A DNA stretch of 64,000 nt from Tubulanus polymorphus (lineage: Eukaryota > Animalia > Nemertea). The position numbers and the translations under genes were made by a program. Shown here in pieces: positions 1 through 13,903 of the stretch. The notes under the pieces are model-generated. The model was not told the DNA's origin. It did no database searches and saw only the letters and a program-made list of their open reading frames with translations. Location: NCBI RefSeq assembly GCF_964204645.1, contig NC_134026.1, forward strand, positions 10,377,950-10,441,949. Reading direction: 5' to 3'. Each line of letters opens with the position of its first letter. Within the stretch, counting starts at the first letter, position 1.

Positions 1-37
1 TGGATAATGAAGAAATATATCCCCAGCGAAAGATTAA

Positions 38-170
38 AGAGCAAATGCCATCAAAATAGAATATTGTGTAAAAGTAATTTTAAAATGTGATGTATTCACA
101 AATATCAAATATGCTACTGGTTTGAATTTTAGTTTAGCCGTTACTGAGAAATACGACTTTTAAATCGGCA
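38..170. repeat. End of a TTAA-flanked (Kolobok-type) non-autonomous element, same family as 26092-26486
   Basis: ttaa|agagcaaatgccatcaaaatagaatattg...actgagaaatacgacttttaaatcggcaa matches the reverse complement of about 26355-26486. Confidence 0.6.
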
Positions 171-913
171 ATTTCAGCACGTGCTCACAGTTATTGTTTA
201 TGTAAAACGTGCGTGTTTCTGACGTCATCTCTGACAAACGCTCATGGCTTGCATTCATTTCACTAGACATTTCATGCGATATTTTATCGTTTTGGAGTGA
301 TTTGAATTAAACTCTTACCATTGTATACAGTTGCTACCATTGTATATATGATAACGAATGTTTAGGCCTTTTTTTAATAGCTTGGTTTACGGGGTAGACT
401 ACTTAAAAATGATTTTCAGTTTATCGATTATACATAGGCTATGCATACTAGCGCGCACAAGCGCTTGTGTCGATTGTCATAGATAACATCATGAATAGCG
501 CCACTGCAGGCTGTACGTGAACTATACACACGAAGTGAAGGATAAATAAATGACTAATTTACGGCTAATTTGAGCTAGATAAAGTTTCTTCTGGTTAAAA
601 AATCGCGGAATGTTCAATTTTGACTGCAATTAACCTGCTGAGCACCATACAGGGTCTTATTAGCGGTATTATTAGCAGGTTCGAGCATTCTTTATTCTAC
701 AATTCAAGGGAGTGAGCCTAGAAAAGCTCCTTTGACCAAAAAAATCTTGTCGTCACCAGGATTCTAACCCACCATCCTTTGAATCCACCATCATTCGAAA
801 CCCACTGTAACTTTGACCCTCTAACTTAGGTTCATTCGAGAGCCAAATTTCAAGCCATGAAAACTGATGGATCCCGATTATAAGTTGACAAATTAGATTT
901 TTTTGTTTTGTAG

Positions 914-1302
914 GATTAGGCGTACCTGAAGGAAAAATCTGGGAGCGAGTATTAGCACTGGGACACGAGTGTCAGGACAGCGACCTGGAAATCATTCCAA
1001 CAATCTACGGCGAGCGCCACAAGCCCGATCAGGTCGCGTCCGTATCGCACATCACGACGGAGAACATCTCGCTCGGTAGCGTTTACCGGTCCTTGTGCAA
1101 AGGCATCATCAAAAACCTGCACGACATGTTCCCTTGTCGAGTACTGAAACAACAACGCGTGCAGCGTATCGTCGGCAGTGGCTCGGCGCTGACGAAAAAT
1201 CACGTGCTACAAAAAGAGGTCGAAGCGCAGTACTCGTTGCCGGTCGTCTACGGTAACGGTGCCGATGCGGCAGTCGGCGTTGCCTTAGCGATGATGCTGT
1301 GA
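914..1302 (+). CDS. SHPK: Sedoheptulokinase (CARKL), last coding exon; upstream exons lie outside the window
   Basis: Acceptor ttttgttttgtag ends at 913. Translation LGVPEGKIWERVLALGHECQDSDLEIIPTIYGERHKPDQVASVSHITTENISLGSVYRSLCKGIIKNLHDMFP...IVGSGSALTKNHVLQKEV...DAAVGVAL* matches the SHPK C-terminus from memory (PTVLGERH, LCRGIVQNL, GSGSALSRN, DAAVGAAL). Confidence 0.93.
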
Positions 1303-2789
1303 TGAGAAATTCCATCCATTCGTATAATATGTATGTAGTTTAACTGTTAATCAGAGAGATAGAGAGAGCGAAAGAGAAAGAGGGAAGAGTTATGGCAGAT
1401 TTATCGTTTGTCATAGTGTGTGTTGCGATTTTATGGTTTCATCGATGGCTGAATTGCCGGTTATTGTGTTGCATTAAATCAAAAGATTCGATACCAGAGA
1501 ATTAAACAGTGACATTTCGCCTTGTACTAAGAGTTTATATGGTTTATATGTTGCAAAAAATAGGTTTTCATGCTGTGGATAAAACTGCAACGTAACGAAA
1601 TGATTGATTAAAACTGGATCAAATGAACCATTTGTGATTGATTTCCAAGGTTCAGTGAGGGCTTATTATGGTGAAGATAGTCAATGTAATAAAAGCGTGC
1701 AAATATGCACCCAACAATGCTCATGTTATTCAAGGATAAAATTGCTAGCTATTTGATTTTTTCTAGTGTTTTAGAAAATGTTATCTGTAAATGTGAATTC
1801 TGATGATAATGATACTGAAGTAGATATTCCATTTGGCCTACAATGCATTCTGTAAGCTTACTGATACCAGGCTTAAAGAGATACATGTACATCATTCGAA
1901 ATCTTCAATCACTTAAAGTCTTAAGAGGCTGCACTTGCCTTTGATAAAGAGTCAAAATGTTTGTTGTGGAGGCATAGCAAAATTTCACTTCACTTTCAGA
2001 TAGTAGGCTTCAAAATAGCCTATGGTAGCCTATGGTAGTTAAAAACCATGCCTCTGAAGTTAGCATTTCTATGGATGTCCCCTGAATTGAGAATCTGTGA
2101 CTTGTTTCATGTTGAGGTCCAACTCGCTATTTAACTTGCTGGTACCTCATGAAATTGAGCCATTAGCCTAGGGACTTGCTCAAAATATTTTATGCCACTA
2201 GTTCTCACCAGTTACAGCTGTATCCGTTGCAGTGGTCAATGACAATCCTGTATCCAACTAGACAACTTGGCACTAGATCGACATCATTATCATTTTCTTA
2301 CTGTCAGTATTCGACATCAATCTGCTTTACTAAAACCTTTGTGGTAGAGATTCTACTAGAAAACAGAATCGAGAGCGACTGAGAATTCCATGGTACTATA
2401 TGAGACTTTATTGGAGTGACAAGTGGCGGGAAAGGGCTGCATGCAGAGTAATAGGTATCATCTAGTTATTTCCAACATTTGCCTGGGCCTTAAGGTGATA
2501 CCCTAAAACAAATAGGTGTAAAGAAAAAGTAAAGATACGTCTAAGATTGCTTATATTACATTGTGTTTAGAAATTGCATAAGAAGATTTTTAAAAATTAT
2601 TCAGATTAAGTAGAGCAAATATTTGGATATAAACGTAAGTATATATGGTAAGATATTACCGGTAATATAGATATAGGTACACATAAAATGCAGTTAATTA
2701 ATCAAAATTTTAAGTCAATAAGAAATTACTCCTGTCCATTTCTTAATGTTCTGTTGAGCTCTGATCGCTGAGTCTCTTAGTTTTCGTGT

Positions 2790-3690
2790 TTCGATCTGGT
2801 TGATCGCCCATAGAACTATCGGGTTTGGGATCAGCTTCATCATTTTCGGGGCTTAATACCTCGAACGGATAAAGTTTATCAATTGGTCTCAAGTGGTTAC
2901 ATTGTTCGTACGTATTTTAGCAGATCGAACTAAACCATCGTTTCCGCGACAGAGTTCAGTAACAACTGCCATCTTCCAGTTAACGCGGTTTTTTACGTCA
3001 TAGTAAATGAGTAGAACATCTCTGATCTTTGACCTGCTCGTTTTCGAAGGGTATTGTGTCTTTCATACCACATGGTTATGTATTCGGGCAACCACTTATT
3101 CCAGAAATGTTTTTGCAGTTCAGCAAGTCTTATCGTGTGTTTTAAGTGTTTAGAACAGTCGGTACCGACGAACGGGTCGTTAATTTCGTCGTCCGAGATT
3201 ACATTGTAGGGGAGGTGGTTTAACGTACCATACAACAAGTAGTGCCGGAGTTAGCGGCATCAGATCATTGACATCCGCAGAAAAATGCGTTATCAGACGA
3301 TTGTTTAATACCGATTCGATTTCTGTTATAAGAGTTATTAGCTCTTGAAGTGATAGAAGTGCACGTCCTAACACTTTCTTGAGAATAGATTTTGTAACAC
3401 CTTCTAAACATTCCCCCAGAACCCACCGAACCAGGGTACTCGTTTGGGAATGATCCACCACGCGGTTTTTAGATAGGTTCTCGTAGAAAGAACTGTTGAG
3501 GCATTATCCGAAATTATTTTATTTGGAATGGAATGATGAGCCGCAAAACGATGGAACACGTGTAAGAACATCAAAGTTGGCACCTGGATATTGTTATACA
3601 AAATTAAGCAGAATTCTTTCAAGTCATTAAGGGATAAAACTTGGCTATTATTTCCATTGTTCAGCGCTTCATGAATAGATAAATCATTGT
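2790..3690 (-). mobile_element. Degenerate BEL/Pao LTR retrotransposon fragment (integrase C-terminus plus DUF5641-like tail)
   Basis: Frameshifted pieces: FHRFAAHHSIPNKIISDNAST, PWFGGFW, KKVLGRALLSLQELITLITEIESVLNNRLIT, LTPA, QKHFWNKWLPEYIT, DGLVRSAKIRT and RPIDKLYPFEV. All are typical of the BEL/Pao pol C-terminus. Confidence 0.88.
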
Positions 3691-5137
3691 ACTCGTAATT
3701 ACTATCATTTATTATGGATTATGGACGTAATGAAAATTTGTTACTCAACTAGAAAGCCAACATTGATATGAAATTGAACAAATTTGACGTTGAATACGTG
3801 TCTATGACTGACCGGGTGGGGGAGGGCAGGGTGGGGATTTTGTCATTGACTCCTGCATAAGCAAGCCTCTATCAGCTCGTAAGTGATGCCTGAATTATAG
3901 GCCAATTATTATTCATGTTTCTGCTTCGTCTTATCAGGTTGTATATAGATTGTGTGATAACGATAAGCATGCTGCTTTTTATGTGTATTTTTAATAATTT
4001 TGATGTAGTATTCTTTCTCTGATAGCAATACATATATTTCATGTTTTACTCATTCTCAAACATGATGTAAGTTAATGTACAAAGCAAGCAAACATGTTAT
4101 AATAGTGTTCATAGTTGATCTTTGATATATACAATGTACTATCAATAGCCAGATTCTTTTTAAAGGTGTTGCCTGATGGATTGAGTACGGTAAATGCTTT
4201 TGTTGGGAAGTATTATCGCTATGTAATTGAGTGTTATCTTATATTGGCATTTACATAAAATTCTGGGTTACATATAAAAGAAAAATATCCACTTCCTTTG
4301 TTAAAACACTTAGAAATTTGTTTGAGGCAGGCTCGTTGGAAGCAATTTTTGATTGCTGATTTTTCCACAGGTTCTGATATTGCCACAGCGAATTTACTTC
4401 AATTTTGTCAAAAATATAGTATAGAAAGAAAAAAAACGTCATTCAGTAAATTATTGCCACGGCTTTCGCCGCTGCAGTCGCTACGGTCCCAACGCCACTG
4501 TGAGTTAGGTGATCTTAGAAAAATATATCGTCGTAAATTACTTCATTGGTTCACATTGTTCATTCACAATACATGGAATGAATAATTTCAGAAATAAGAT
4601 GTCACATGCATCAGCTTGCACCAAGGTTTAGATCTACCGCAAGCATCCATACATCTGCTCCTGTTTGTTTCACGTTTGTTACATCTACACCATGGGGAAT
4701 TAACATCTAATAAATGCTTAGTTTTATTTGTAATTTAGTTACATAAGTAAATATTTTGTTCACATTTTATGAGAAATCATTTATTCCAATTGGGAGGAGT
4801 ATTTTAACCATTTCGAGCCTAAATCGTACTTCAAAACTAGAACTTCCCAAACTGTTGGGCCCGAGAAATATAAAAGTTGTCTTAAGATTTCATAAGGCTG
4901 GTCTTACGTTTTTAGATTGGCCATATAGAACAAAGACTGGCCTTAAATCTAAGCGACTGTGCAACTGACCCCTTGGTCCAGTTTCAACGTAGCTTTATTG
5001 AATCAGTTTATTTTGATTGTTTACTCTTATAATTATGTTTTGTGAAACTGTAACATTTTACATATATTTAAGTATAGATGGACTATATGTAGGTGAATAA
5101 TGTCAGGATTAGAATTTAACTGATCGGAATTAAGCAG

Positions 5138-5242
5138 GACCCAGTTCCACAGTTGTGAGTTAAGATTTGACTCAGAGTTGATTGGAAAAAAAACTGGTTT
5201 TCATAGAGAGTTAACTCTAATTCACATCTGTGGAACTGGATC
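5138..5242. mobile_element. Harbinger/PIF-type MITE
   Basis: TIR gacccagttccacag / ctgtggaactggatc with a 3-bp TSD (CAG at 5135-37 and 5243-45). Same family at 30558 and 53803. Confidence 0.75.
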
Positions 5243-6917
5243 CAGGTTTGACTGTGAACAACTATAAGTTCACTTTGTGAGACCCTACTCATACATGTTT
5301 TTCTGATTTTTCAGATCGAGTCAGTTTAAAACCTTCAAGAATTTAGAATGTAGTAATGATTTTGTACTTATTGTTTGTTATTATTGACCTGAAATAGCAT
5401 CTGTTAAAGATTTATATTATGTTTTAGATGCTCATATTTAATAAGTATTACATAGAAGTGAGTTAATAACATGAAAAAAATTGTTCGTTGGAAATAAAAA
5501 TTGTCACCTTTTCTGTTAAAAATTGAGTATTTTTCAGTTCATTTTTCGGTTGAAGTAGAAGAAATTTGGGAAATATTGTGTGTAGGTCTTACTGTTAAAC
5601 ATTCTGCGGTGACTGTGAATCAAGGGAGTGTTTCGAGACGTTTGGATCCCTGCCTTCCCATTGACACTACCCTTAATATCAATGCAGAAATAGTTAAAAC
5701 CTGCTAATTTGACACTCATCCTCTCCTTTTCAGATGTATTTCTTCAAAAACTTTCATTTCAAATTTTCATATTGTATGTTTTATTTGGGAAATGCCATTT
5801 TACAATTTCCAGTGCGGAATTACTATCTATAATTGAGACAAGATAGAGAATTAAGGTGTATTGTGTCACAACATTTTCGGAAAAATAACAAAATGTAACT
5901 TATAGTTGTACTCCATGTCAGTCATCTTGAATTGATGATCAAGTGCATGGAAACCCATAATAGTAAACCTAGCCTGAATGGACAAGTTTGATTAGTGAAA
6001 ATACCTTAGGGAGGAATAAGATTTTTTGTCGGAGTTAGTCGAAAGTCTTGAGCTAGGGTGGATGAGGTTTACTGTATTAATGGATTTATCAGGGCGGCCT
6101 CTCAGTGACGAACGCTTTCCATCCTGATTCTAGGTCGTTAACGCCTAGGTTTCCTCATTTAGAAAAATAAAAAATAGTCACCCTCATCACTTTGGGAATT
6201 TTGGATAAGGCTTTTTATTTCTATCTTTTTATTAATAAGGGAGGTAAAAAACGCTGCTGCCCTCGTCACATCCAAAAAGGGGCTGATAAGAAACAAGGGT
6301 ATTTCTTTGCGTGGCCTATGTTTAAGCACTGTTGTTTGTTTTTTCATTTGAAATTTTCGAGTTCCTAGTCTCCTGACATGGTGAGATAAAAATGCAACAC
6401 AGCAGTTTGTTTGAGCACAGGTGTTCAAGATGGTGGTTCATGATTCTGCATGGTAATTAAGCATCAATCGATTGTCTCTTCCAAGAGTCTTTCAATAGTG
6501 TCCCTGCATTTGTATGATAAACACGATGTAGCTTTTAGTACTTTCGAGTGATTTACAGTTTGAACAGAAAAACTTTCAATACCGGTAATGATTCTGCCCA
6601 ATGGGCTTCACTGTATCACATCAGCAGAGGTTTTTAATTCATTTGTGGCTTTTCAGCTGAACTTATATGATGATTTGAAAGAATGGATACACAGCTAAAT
6701 TTTCAGTTCTTCAAAAGGAGCATTTTGCATCAATGCATTCCTTGAAGTACCTTTGGAAGGATTGTACGATTTTGACAAATTTCTTTGAATTACCTGTGTT
6801 TTACCATTTCTGCATTTTCATTCGACAACATATTGAATATTCAAATGGTTTTTTCTCAAAATCTCTGACCAAATAGGGAGGTGGGAATTTTTTAATGTAT
6901 TGTATGTAATTTTTACT

Positions 6918-7250
6918 TAGCAAGCGATGTGGGAAAGTGGTTAGAGCGTTCGACTTCAGGAAGCCAGGTCGTGGGTTCAAAACCCCCTCCGTACATAAAC
7001 GTAATGTCCCCAGGCACGACACTTATCCTCATCACCTCTCTCCACCCAGGAATAAATGGGTACCTGGTCCGATAGATGACTCCTGAGTGCCTAGCAGCTG
7101 CTCGGATGTTATTTCTCCCCATGGAGAGCTGACTGATAAATGGTTAGTTATAGGCTGGGGGTAATAGTACCGATTTAATAGAAAGCGCCGTTGCACATTG
7201 TATCACAGTGAAAAAGGCGCTATAGAAATTAAATTACTATTACTATTACT
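6918..7250 (+). mobile_element. tRNA-derived SINE with a Deu/Nin-like central domain
   Basis: A-box gtggttagagc, B-box gggttcaaaacc, central ctctctccacccaggaataaatgggtacc, LINE-like 3' end ggcgctatagaaat followed by a (tattac)n tail. Confidence 0.78.
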
Positions 7251-9202
7251 TTATTTTACCTGAATAAAAATCCTTAATTAAAACAAGATAATTCGCATAA
7301 AGTAACAACATTGATGCACAGGGAACAAAAAGCTGTGCATAATTCCCCTCTTAAAATAAAGGAAAGACAGATTTTTTCAGGATATTTAACCTCAGCTCCC
7401 AAGGCGAAATGTTTTAAGTCGCAAGTAGCATAATTATCATGATATACAAGCTCTTATGCAGTCTCATTGATGCAACCACGGAAAGTGTGGTGAATCTCTA
7501 CGGTACAATTCAATATGCGATAGTGTGATATCTGCATTGTGATACGCCATGATTTTAGCAGCTCATAAAAGGCTAGTATATGAGGTTAAAATCATTTGCG
7601 TGATAGCTCCAATCTCATCCATAGAAGATTACAAATGATTGGAGCTTTATTCAGGACCCAAGGGTCTCTACTGAATCTACAGCTCATCAGCTAATGACAA
7701 GATATTCTGTAGCATTCGTGAACTCATTAGGTCTCATGACTACGGTATCAGTATTGCCCGTAGGTGAAGATCTCTAATGGTAAAGGTTAAGAACCTTGCG
7801 TCGTTAATTAGAAAATGATATGACCTTCTGTGGTGGGGTTTCTCAATATTGAGAAGACATGAAGCCTCAGGGATATGTTTGTCAGGTGATCTTTCTCAAA
7901 AATGTGTGAACGGATTGATATGCTCGACAACCGGATATATATCCTTAGGCCACACCAAAAAAAACCTGTTTCTTGGGCGGGGCAATCACCAAAATGGGCA
8001 GGTAGGTAGGGAATTTTTTTTAAATTTTGATAGAAAAGAAAATTTTGGTTATTCTTCTAACAGTGGGTAGATCGCCGTAAATAATTTTTACTGGACCAAA
8101 TTTTTAGTCAGGAATATGATTAACAGCGAGTAGACTACAATAATAAAAGGAAATTGTGGTGTTTGTACAATTACCTACAAAAGTAAACTATATTAACGGA
8201 ATTCCTGGAATTTTACAATACAACGCCATCAATGTCCGATAGCAAAGTTGTCTGAGCATGGCTGTGCCATTTCCAGAATCAAATTGTTAAATCTAATGTA
8301 ATAAAATGTTTTTATGATGTTGATTTCAGTGCCGACATCACGATTTGATTAAAAAGAAAAAATCATCTGTCGGCCACATATTTTTGAAAAAAGTTATTTC
8401 ACCCAAAATTTAGCTTGCAAAATTGTTTATGCTTGATCTATGTAGATGAAGATGAAGATCTTGAGTCGAGTTGTTGTGGGTTGTTCTTTTCAATGCTCAA
8501 GCTAAAAACATGTGGGTTGGAGGTGGAAAAAGCTGAAATTTTACAGGTTTTATAGCAGCTAGAAACGGCAGTTGGATCCAAGTCAATATCCTGCTCCTAC
8601 CGCAACTCTAAGTTTTAATCATTGGTCAGAGGCACCTGGTTCCTGTGAACCAACAGAGATAGCGGATTGATTTGTCAATTATCAGTTGAATGTCACATTC
8701 AATGTACATACAGACCTCAGACACACTAAGACCTCAGACCTCAGACACACTAAACGACTTAGACACAGTGATTTTCAAATTTGTGTGACATGCAGCGAGG
8801 CCATGATGCGAGGGAGGCTGACTGTGAGTTATTGTAGTGCACCAACAAGCCATCGTTTACTGGTATTTCTGCGATGAAGAGTAATAGCCTTGTGAAGAGC
8901 AGTGAAGTGCGACAAGAAATCCAATATTCCTGCCAGAGAAGCAGTCACTGTGTACACCAACTCCTCATTTACAATGAGTCAATAAACAATCCCAGTTTGA
9001 AATACCCTCAATATTTGTCAATCTTTATAGAGTTAATATGCAAGTGTACTATTGCCAAAGATACCAAGGCATATCATGCTTAAGACAGCAATATGGAAGC
9101 TTATTTTTCCTCTTGCTTAAATTAATGAAAGATTGCTTACCAGGGCCCAGTTTCATGAAAGAATATAAGCTTAAAATGGTTAAGCTTAATTTATACAGGA
9201 AG

Positions 9203-9615
9203 AAAGACACTCTAAATATTTGGATGGATATATGAAAGCTGTGGGTACTGGAGTGTGTAATGGGTAGCGTAGTTTGATCTGTGTGCATTTGTGGCCAGCA
9301 CACAGATCACATTGTTCAATGGGGTTTGGTCCAGGACTCGCGAGATTTTCAACAACACGGAAGTAACGTGTAATAAATGATGACTTGAATTGCATGACTA
9401 CCTACCACCCCTCACTGCGCAATTATCATTAATTAACATCGCCATATCACATCATCAACTTATATTGTGCCTTAAAACCCTAACAGCCGAAATAATTGAA
9501 ATGCACACACGATTTCTATCATTGAAAATTGAGAGAGTGGCCATGTTTGTGTTTGCTGCTTCGCGTAAATCCCGCACGGTGGCGCAGCCGCGCGGAGTGG
9601 GGCCGATACGTCTAG
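9203..9615 (+). mobile_element. Helitron-like 3' fragment inside a Harbinger-type MITE (about 9144-9665)
   Basis: Homologous to the reverse complement of 25349-26008. Ends in a GC-rich hairpin (gcacggtggcgcagccgcgc) followed by ...gatacgtCTAG. Flanks read ggcccagtttc...gaaactgaacc. Confidence 0.6.
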
Positions 9616-9695
9616 ATATTTTAGGTAAGAACTAAACCAACAATCTGTTTGGTGAAACTGAACCCCCGAATTGTCTCCTAATACAAGGTTTCATA

Positions 9696-10406
9696 AGGTG
9701 CGTTCACACGACGAAATTTAGACCAGTCTAAATTTGACCAAGCGTTCACACGGGCAAAAATATCGTTCCAAATTAGACCGGTCTAGTTTAGACCGGTCTA
9801 ATTTGGCACCGTCTAAAAGAGCGAACCAGGTCCGGACCAAATTTTGGACCGGTCTAAATATGTGTGTGTGTGGACAGAAACTGGTACCAGGTCCAGTCTA
9901 AATCGTAATTCTGAATCTCTGCAGTATAGATGCCGCGACCTCTGCAGCAGAGTGTGAGTCCAGTTTATTAAGTTTTAAATGCTTTTATTACCGTTTATAT
10001 AATTATTCTTAAGAACTGTTTTTCCTCCCTATACTATGGAAAGGTTTGGAGCATAATTCGTATTCGTATATCGCGATCATCATCCATTTTACTGCCGTGC
10101 TTTGAACCGTGTTTAAATGACACTTAGAGTTTCAGCGTGATAGAATAAAATCGAATGTCTAAACCTGTCTTGCTATACTTCAAGAATGTCTTGCTATACT
10201 TCGAATCCGGAAGCAAGACTTCATCCAGGCGCAATTGATTATTTAGCAGATGGCGACATCTTGTGGGCCTGGTGACAAGCGATTTTATCACCGCGTTTCA
10301 AAACGCCATGTGAACGCTCACCAAAATTTGGTCCGGTCTAAATTTGGACCGGACCAGGTACGGTCCCATTTAGACTGGTCTAACTAGTTGTCGTGTGAAC
10401 GCGGCT
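9696..10406. mobile_element. TIR MITE (Harbinger-like) with subterminal tagaccggtcta palindromes
   Basis: Ends aggtgcgttcacacgac / gtcgtgtgaacgcggct, flanked by ata on both sides. Many (t/g)agaccggtcta motifs near both ends. Confidence 0.75.
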
Positions 10407-11209
10407 ATAAACTTCTTTAAATTGTTTGACCAATTATCTATGAAAATGCTTAACCGGCTGGGGCTATATGGACATTTCAGAGAAAATAGTGCACAGCCCA
10501 CTCACTCAACTGAAAACCCCCCTCCTTAATACTCAAATAAACTATAAGTATTTTGATAAATAATATAATTATTAATCTTTGAATTTACAGTTGACTAGCA
10601 TTATGTTACGCTACATTTTTCTAAATGTGTTAAACCAACGTTGGTTGCATTTCTTTTCCACTCGGCTGAAATAGAGATGATGTTGACATATAATATTCAG
10701 AAAATTCACTCAATTGTCTTACTTCACATTCATATGTAAGAATAAGTAACTGTGAGATGATTTTCAGGATTTAGTCTCAAGACTCATAGATGTAAGTTAT
10801 TATACCAACAAACTCGCTTAAACAGGATCATTTTGGCCTGATGAATCCATCCAGTCTATCAGAAATCTGGATTAAACATATTTTACATACATTTATGTAT
10901 CGGTGGACCGAAAATAATATCTGGATTAGATAAAAAATTCTAATTAAACTGATCCGATATAAGCGCGTTTGGCTGCAACGCCACATGCATAATTACCTGT
11001 CGATGAAGTGCTAATAATATATTTGTATTAACATTATTTTGTCAATGATACAGATTTCACGGAATGACATCAACACTTTGAAGACAGATAAACGAACATG
11101 GAACAACTGGAGAAATTTATAGAGGAAAGTAAGAGATGAAGATCTATGTATGAAATAGTACACTAATTCAAGTACCGAAGCACAAAATGTACAGATTTTT
11201 ACATACATT

Positions 11210-11655
11210 GGGCACCTCTATTCATTGCACATATGGCATATCAAATATGCAACTTCATTCATTGTGCACCATACCCCTACAGTATGTATATTGTACAGAG
11301 TAGATCCATTGCACATACATGGAAATCCCATTGTTCACCTTTAGTAGATCATTTGTACATACATGAAACTGCAAATGTATACCTAGAAATCACCCAATGT
11401 ACATATATGGAACTGCCAAGGTACACCTAGCAAACATCCAACATATATGGAACTTCCGATGTTCATAACTTCAATTGTTCATATAATCATGGAACTGCCA
11501 ATGTACACCTAGAGAAAATCCATTGTACATACAACAAAGAACATCCAATGTACACATCCACCAAAAAATCACTCTCAATATGCCCATAGGATAAATCCAT
11601 AAACTTTGGCACATCCATTGTACATCTAGTATGAATACATTGTCACATCCATTAT
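11210..11655. repeat. Degenerate tandem repeat (tccattgtacatacatggaactgccaatgtacacctag-like, about 45 bp)
   Basis: Recurring ccattgtacat, atggaactgcca and tacacctag motifs. Confidence 0.55.
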
Positions 11656-11993
11656 ACAGTAGACTCCGTTAACCCTGGAGTTGATTGCCTCAGATTATTG
11701 AATGCCCCAGACAATATGTATAGACCCTATTTTCTTACTGCAATCTATATATTAATACGAAACTATGTACCAAATAGCGTCGCCGTGGAGAAGATTTGGG
11801 CCTTGAAATTTGGGCCTTGAAATTTTGTGTGGTAGTCAATCATTGTATATACTAATGCAACGGGTATAAACGGGTGGAAAATATTTATAGGAGGCCAAAC
11901 GGAGGCAGACAAAATTTCAGCCAATCAGTTAGCAGGAATTCTAATCATAGACTCTTACTGCACCATAACAATTCTACAGTACTGTATCACTAT

Positions 11994-12070
11994 GCTGTTT
12001 CACTGGCCCAGTTAGTAGAGTACAAGACTGGCACCTGCTGGGTCAGAAGTTCGAGTCCCGCACAACACCA
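11994..12070 (+). pseudogene. tRNA-like sequence (pseudo-tRNA or SINE head)
   Basis: A-box tggcccagttagtagag and B-box gttcgagtccc are present. Acceptor and anticodon stems pair poorly. Confidence 0.5.
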
Positions 12071-12973
12071 TACATATTTTGTTTACCTCTGATAGTTCCC
12101 GGTCTCCACGGGTACAGGTCATCAAAGCTCATAGGGTCTCCACGGGCATGGACACATAGATTTTAAATGGCCCGACTTAATTCCATTGCGAAAGAATTGA
12201 ACAGTTTGAAGTTCTGGGCCAAAGGAAATCACCCGTGGTTTCCACGGGTATTACTCTAGTTCATCATTATAACGACCTATCCCTGCTCCGACTGCCCCAG
12301 AATTCATAAACCTCGGAGAAAATTTATTGATCCCATGAGATCCGAGGCAAGCAGTGTCTACTGTGCATCTTTGGTACAATATATGTACAATACGATACAG
12401 TAACATCACGATATTTCCAAGATCATCCTCGGAAATAAACATCAGACTTCATTATACGATATAACAGTATAAGATACATCATGTACTCGATCAGTCAGTT
12501 TTCCAGTTTTAATCATTTTGACTAACAAAAAGTTTCCACAAATTTACGATGACACTTTGAAGTAAAATATTTTGAATCGTGAACTGAAAAAGTAACTTGA
12601 AAATTAGAATGTATAACACAGTACAATGTAACGCGAAATGAAACAACATTAACCACATTTACCAATGAAATGACAGTACATAGTGGTTTTTTGATAATGA
12701 AAGTGAAATCATAGAAGGTATTTTGGATAACTGAATGAATTACATACAAATGTGGGACATCACAGCACAATAGTTGAATAGGTATCACAAATCTCTAAAA
12801 ATACAGTAAACTCTGGCTCAGTTGACTCAACTTAATCATCAGGCGCCATTTGTGCAGTTAGGGCCTAGATTTTAAGGCCAATCTTAGCGGATTTCAGTTG
12901 TATAGAATCATCTACCAATTAAGCCCTAGTTGCAACTAGTTAGTTGCAACTAGTGGCATCATTTGATCCTTTC

Positions 12974-13127
12974 AGTGCTTCTACACTGCAAAATCAGTAC
13001 ACTGCACCACGGTGTATTGATGTATTAGTAATTAATTTTCATCTCTATTTAAAAAATGGCATCACCTGTCCAACATAGTAAAATATTAGTTACTAACGAT
13101 ACACCGTGGCACAGTGTAGAAGCACTA
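12974..13127. mobile_element. Small TIR element
   Basis: agtgcttctacactg...cacggtgtat is inverted with atacaccgtg...cagtgtagaagcact. Confidence 0.5.
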
Positions 13128-13699
13128 TAGCAGTGTGCCCATTATACAACACACTGGGGTAAAATCTTTTTAAATGTTCAAATAATCTCCAGCACTTTCA
13201 GGTATTAATTAGTCAGCACTAAAATGGTTAAGACCATTATGGATTGCAGTCACAGCTGTGTAACTTGGCTCAAAGTTTACTATATGTAAGCTGCATACAA
13301 GACAACTTAGGCATAGGTATTACCTTCAAAGAAATATGAGGGATGAAATTGACCTCATCCAAATTCGAAACTTAAGTTACAATAACTGGCTGAATTCTTT
13401 GTATCAATTAAAATGCAAATCTTTTATTCAAAATTTTGATCTCATTTGGGTCTTATTTACTTCAATGAACTTCAATATAGAATATAATTTATCTTCACAT
13501 TTTACATGAACCAAATGAAATACATTCATCCAAAATGATCCAGATCACTTAAGATAATGACATCTTACTTCATACATTTCTTTCGTATGCAGCTTTATGC
13601 CTAACCATCAAAGCAATCAGAAAATGAAAACTCCAAAAAGCTTAATACATTTCGATGACGAACACGTACACACATTTTATAAATGTACAAGAAGATCTC

Positions 13700-13903
13700 C
13701 TAAGAATTGGGATCCTCATTTAGCTTAGCACTTGCCTTGATAAATATGTGCGAAGGCAACATTTTCGGTACGATATCAGTCATTAAGCCGGCGAAACGCA
13801 TCATGTTCACTTGGAATTTCGGTAGTTCTATATAACCGGGAGCTAACGGGAATAAGTTATACATTAACTTATGATTACTCAACGGCAGTATTCGAAAGTG
13901 CAC
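13700..13903 (-). CDS. TRAPPC11: TRAPPC11 coding exon 27 (last, unless the GC donor at 13735 is used)
   Basis: ttttcag|[30 protein letters not shown]...[16 protein letters not shown]. Confidence 0.85.
   Translation of the reverse strand: MHFRILPLSNHKLMYNLFPLAPGYIELPKFQVNMMRFAGLMTDIVPKMLPSHIFIKASAKLNEDPNS

Noticed and set aside
952-1315. Antisense ORFs over the SHPK exon
   Set aside because: They are shadow frames of a GC-rich coding exon.
11994-12070. Functional tRNA gene
   Set aside because: The acceptor and anticodon stems do not pair properly, and it is embedded in repeat-like sequence.
12830-12870. Alternative terminal TRAPPC11 exon (ALTAQMAPDD*)
   Set aside because: It has no polypyrimidine tract and no similarity to the known C-terminus.
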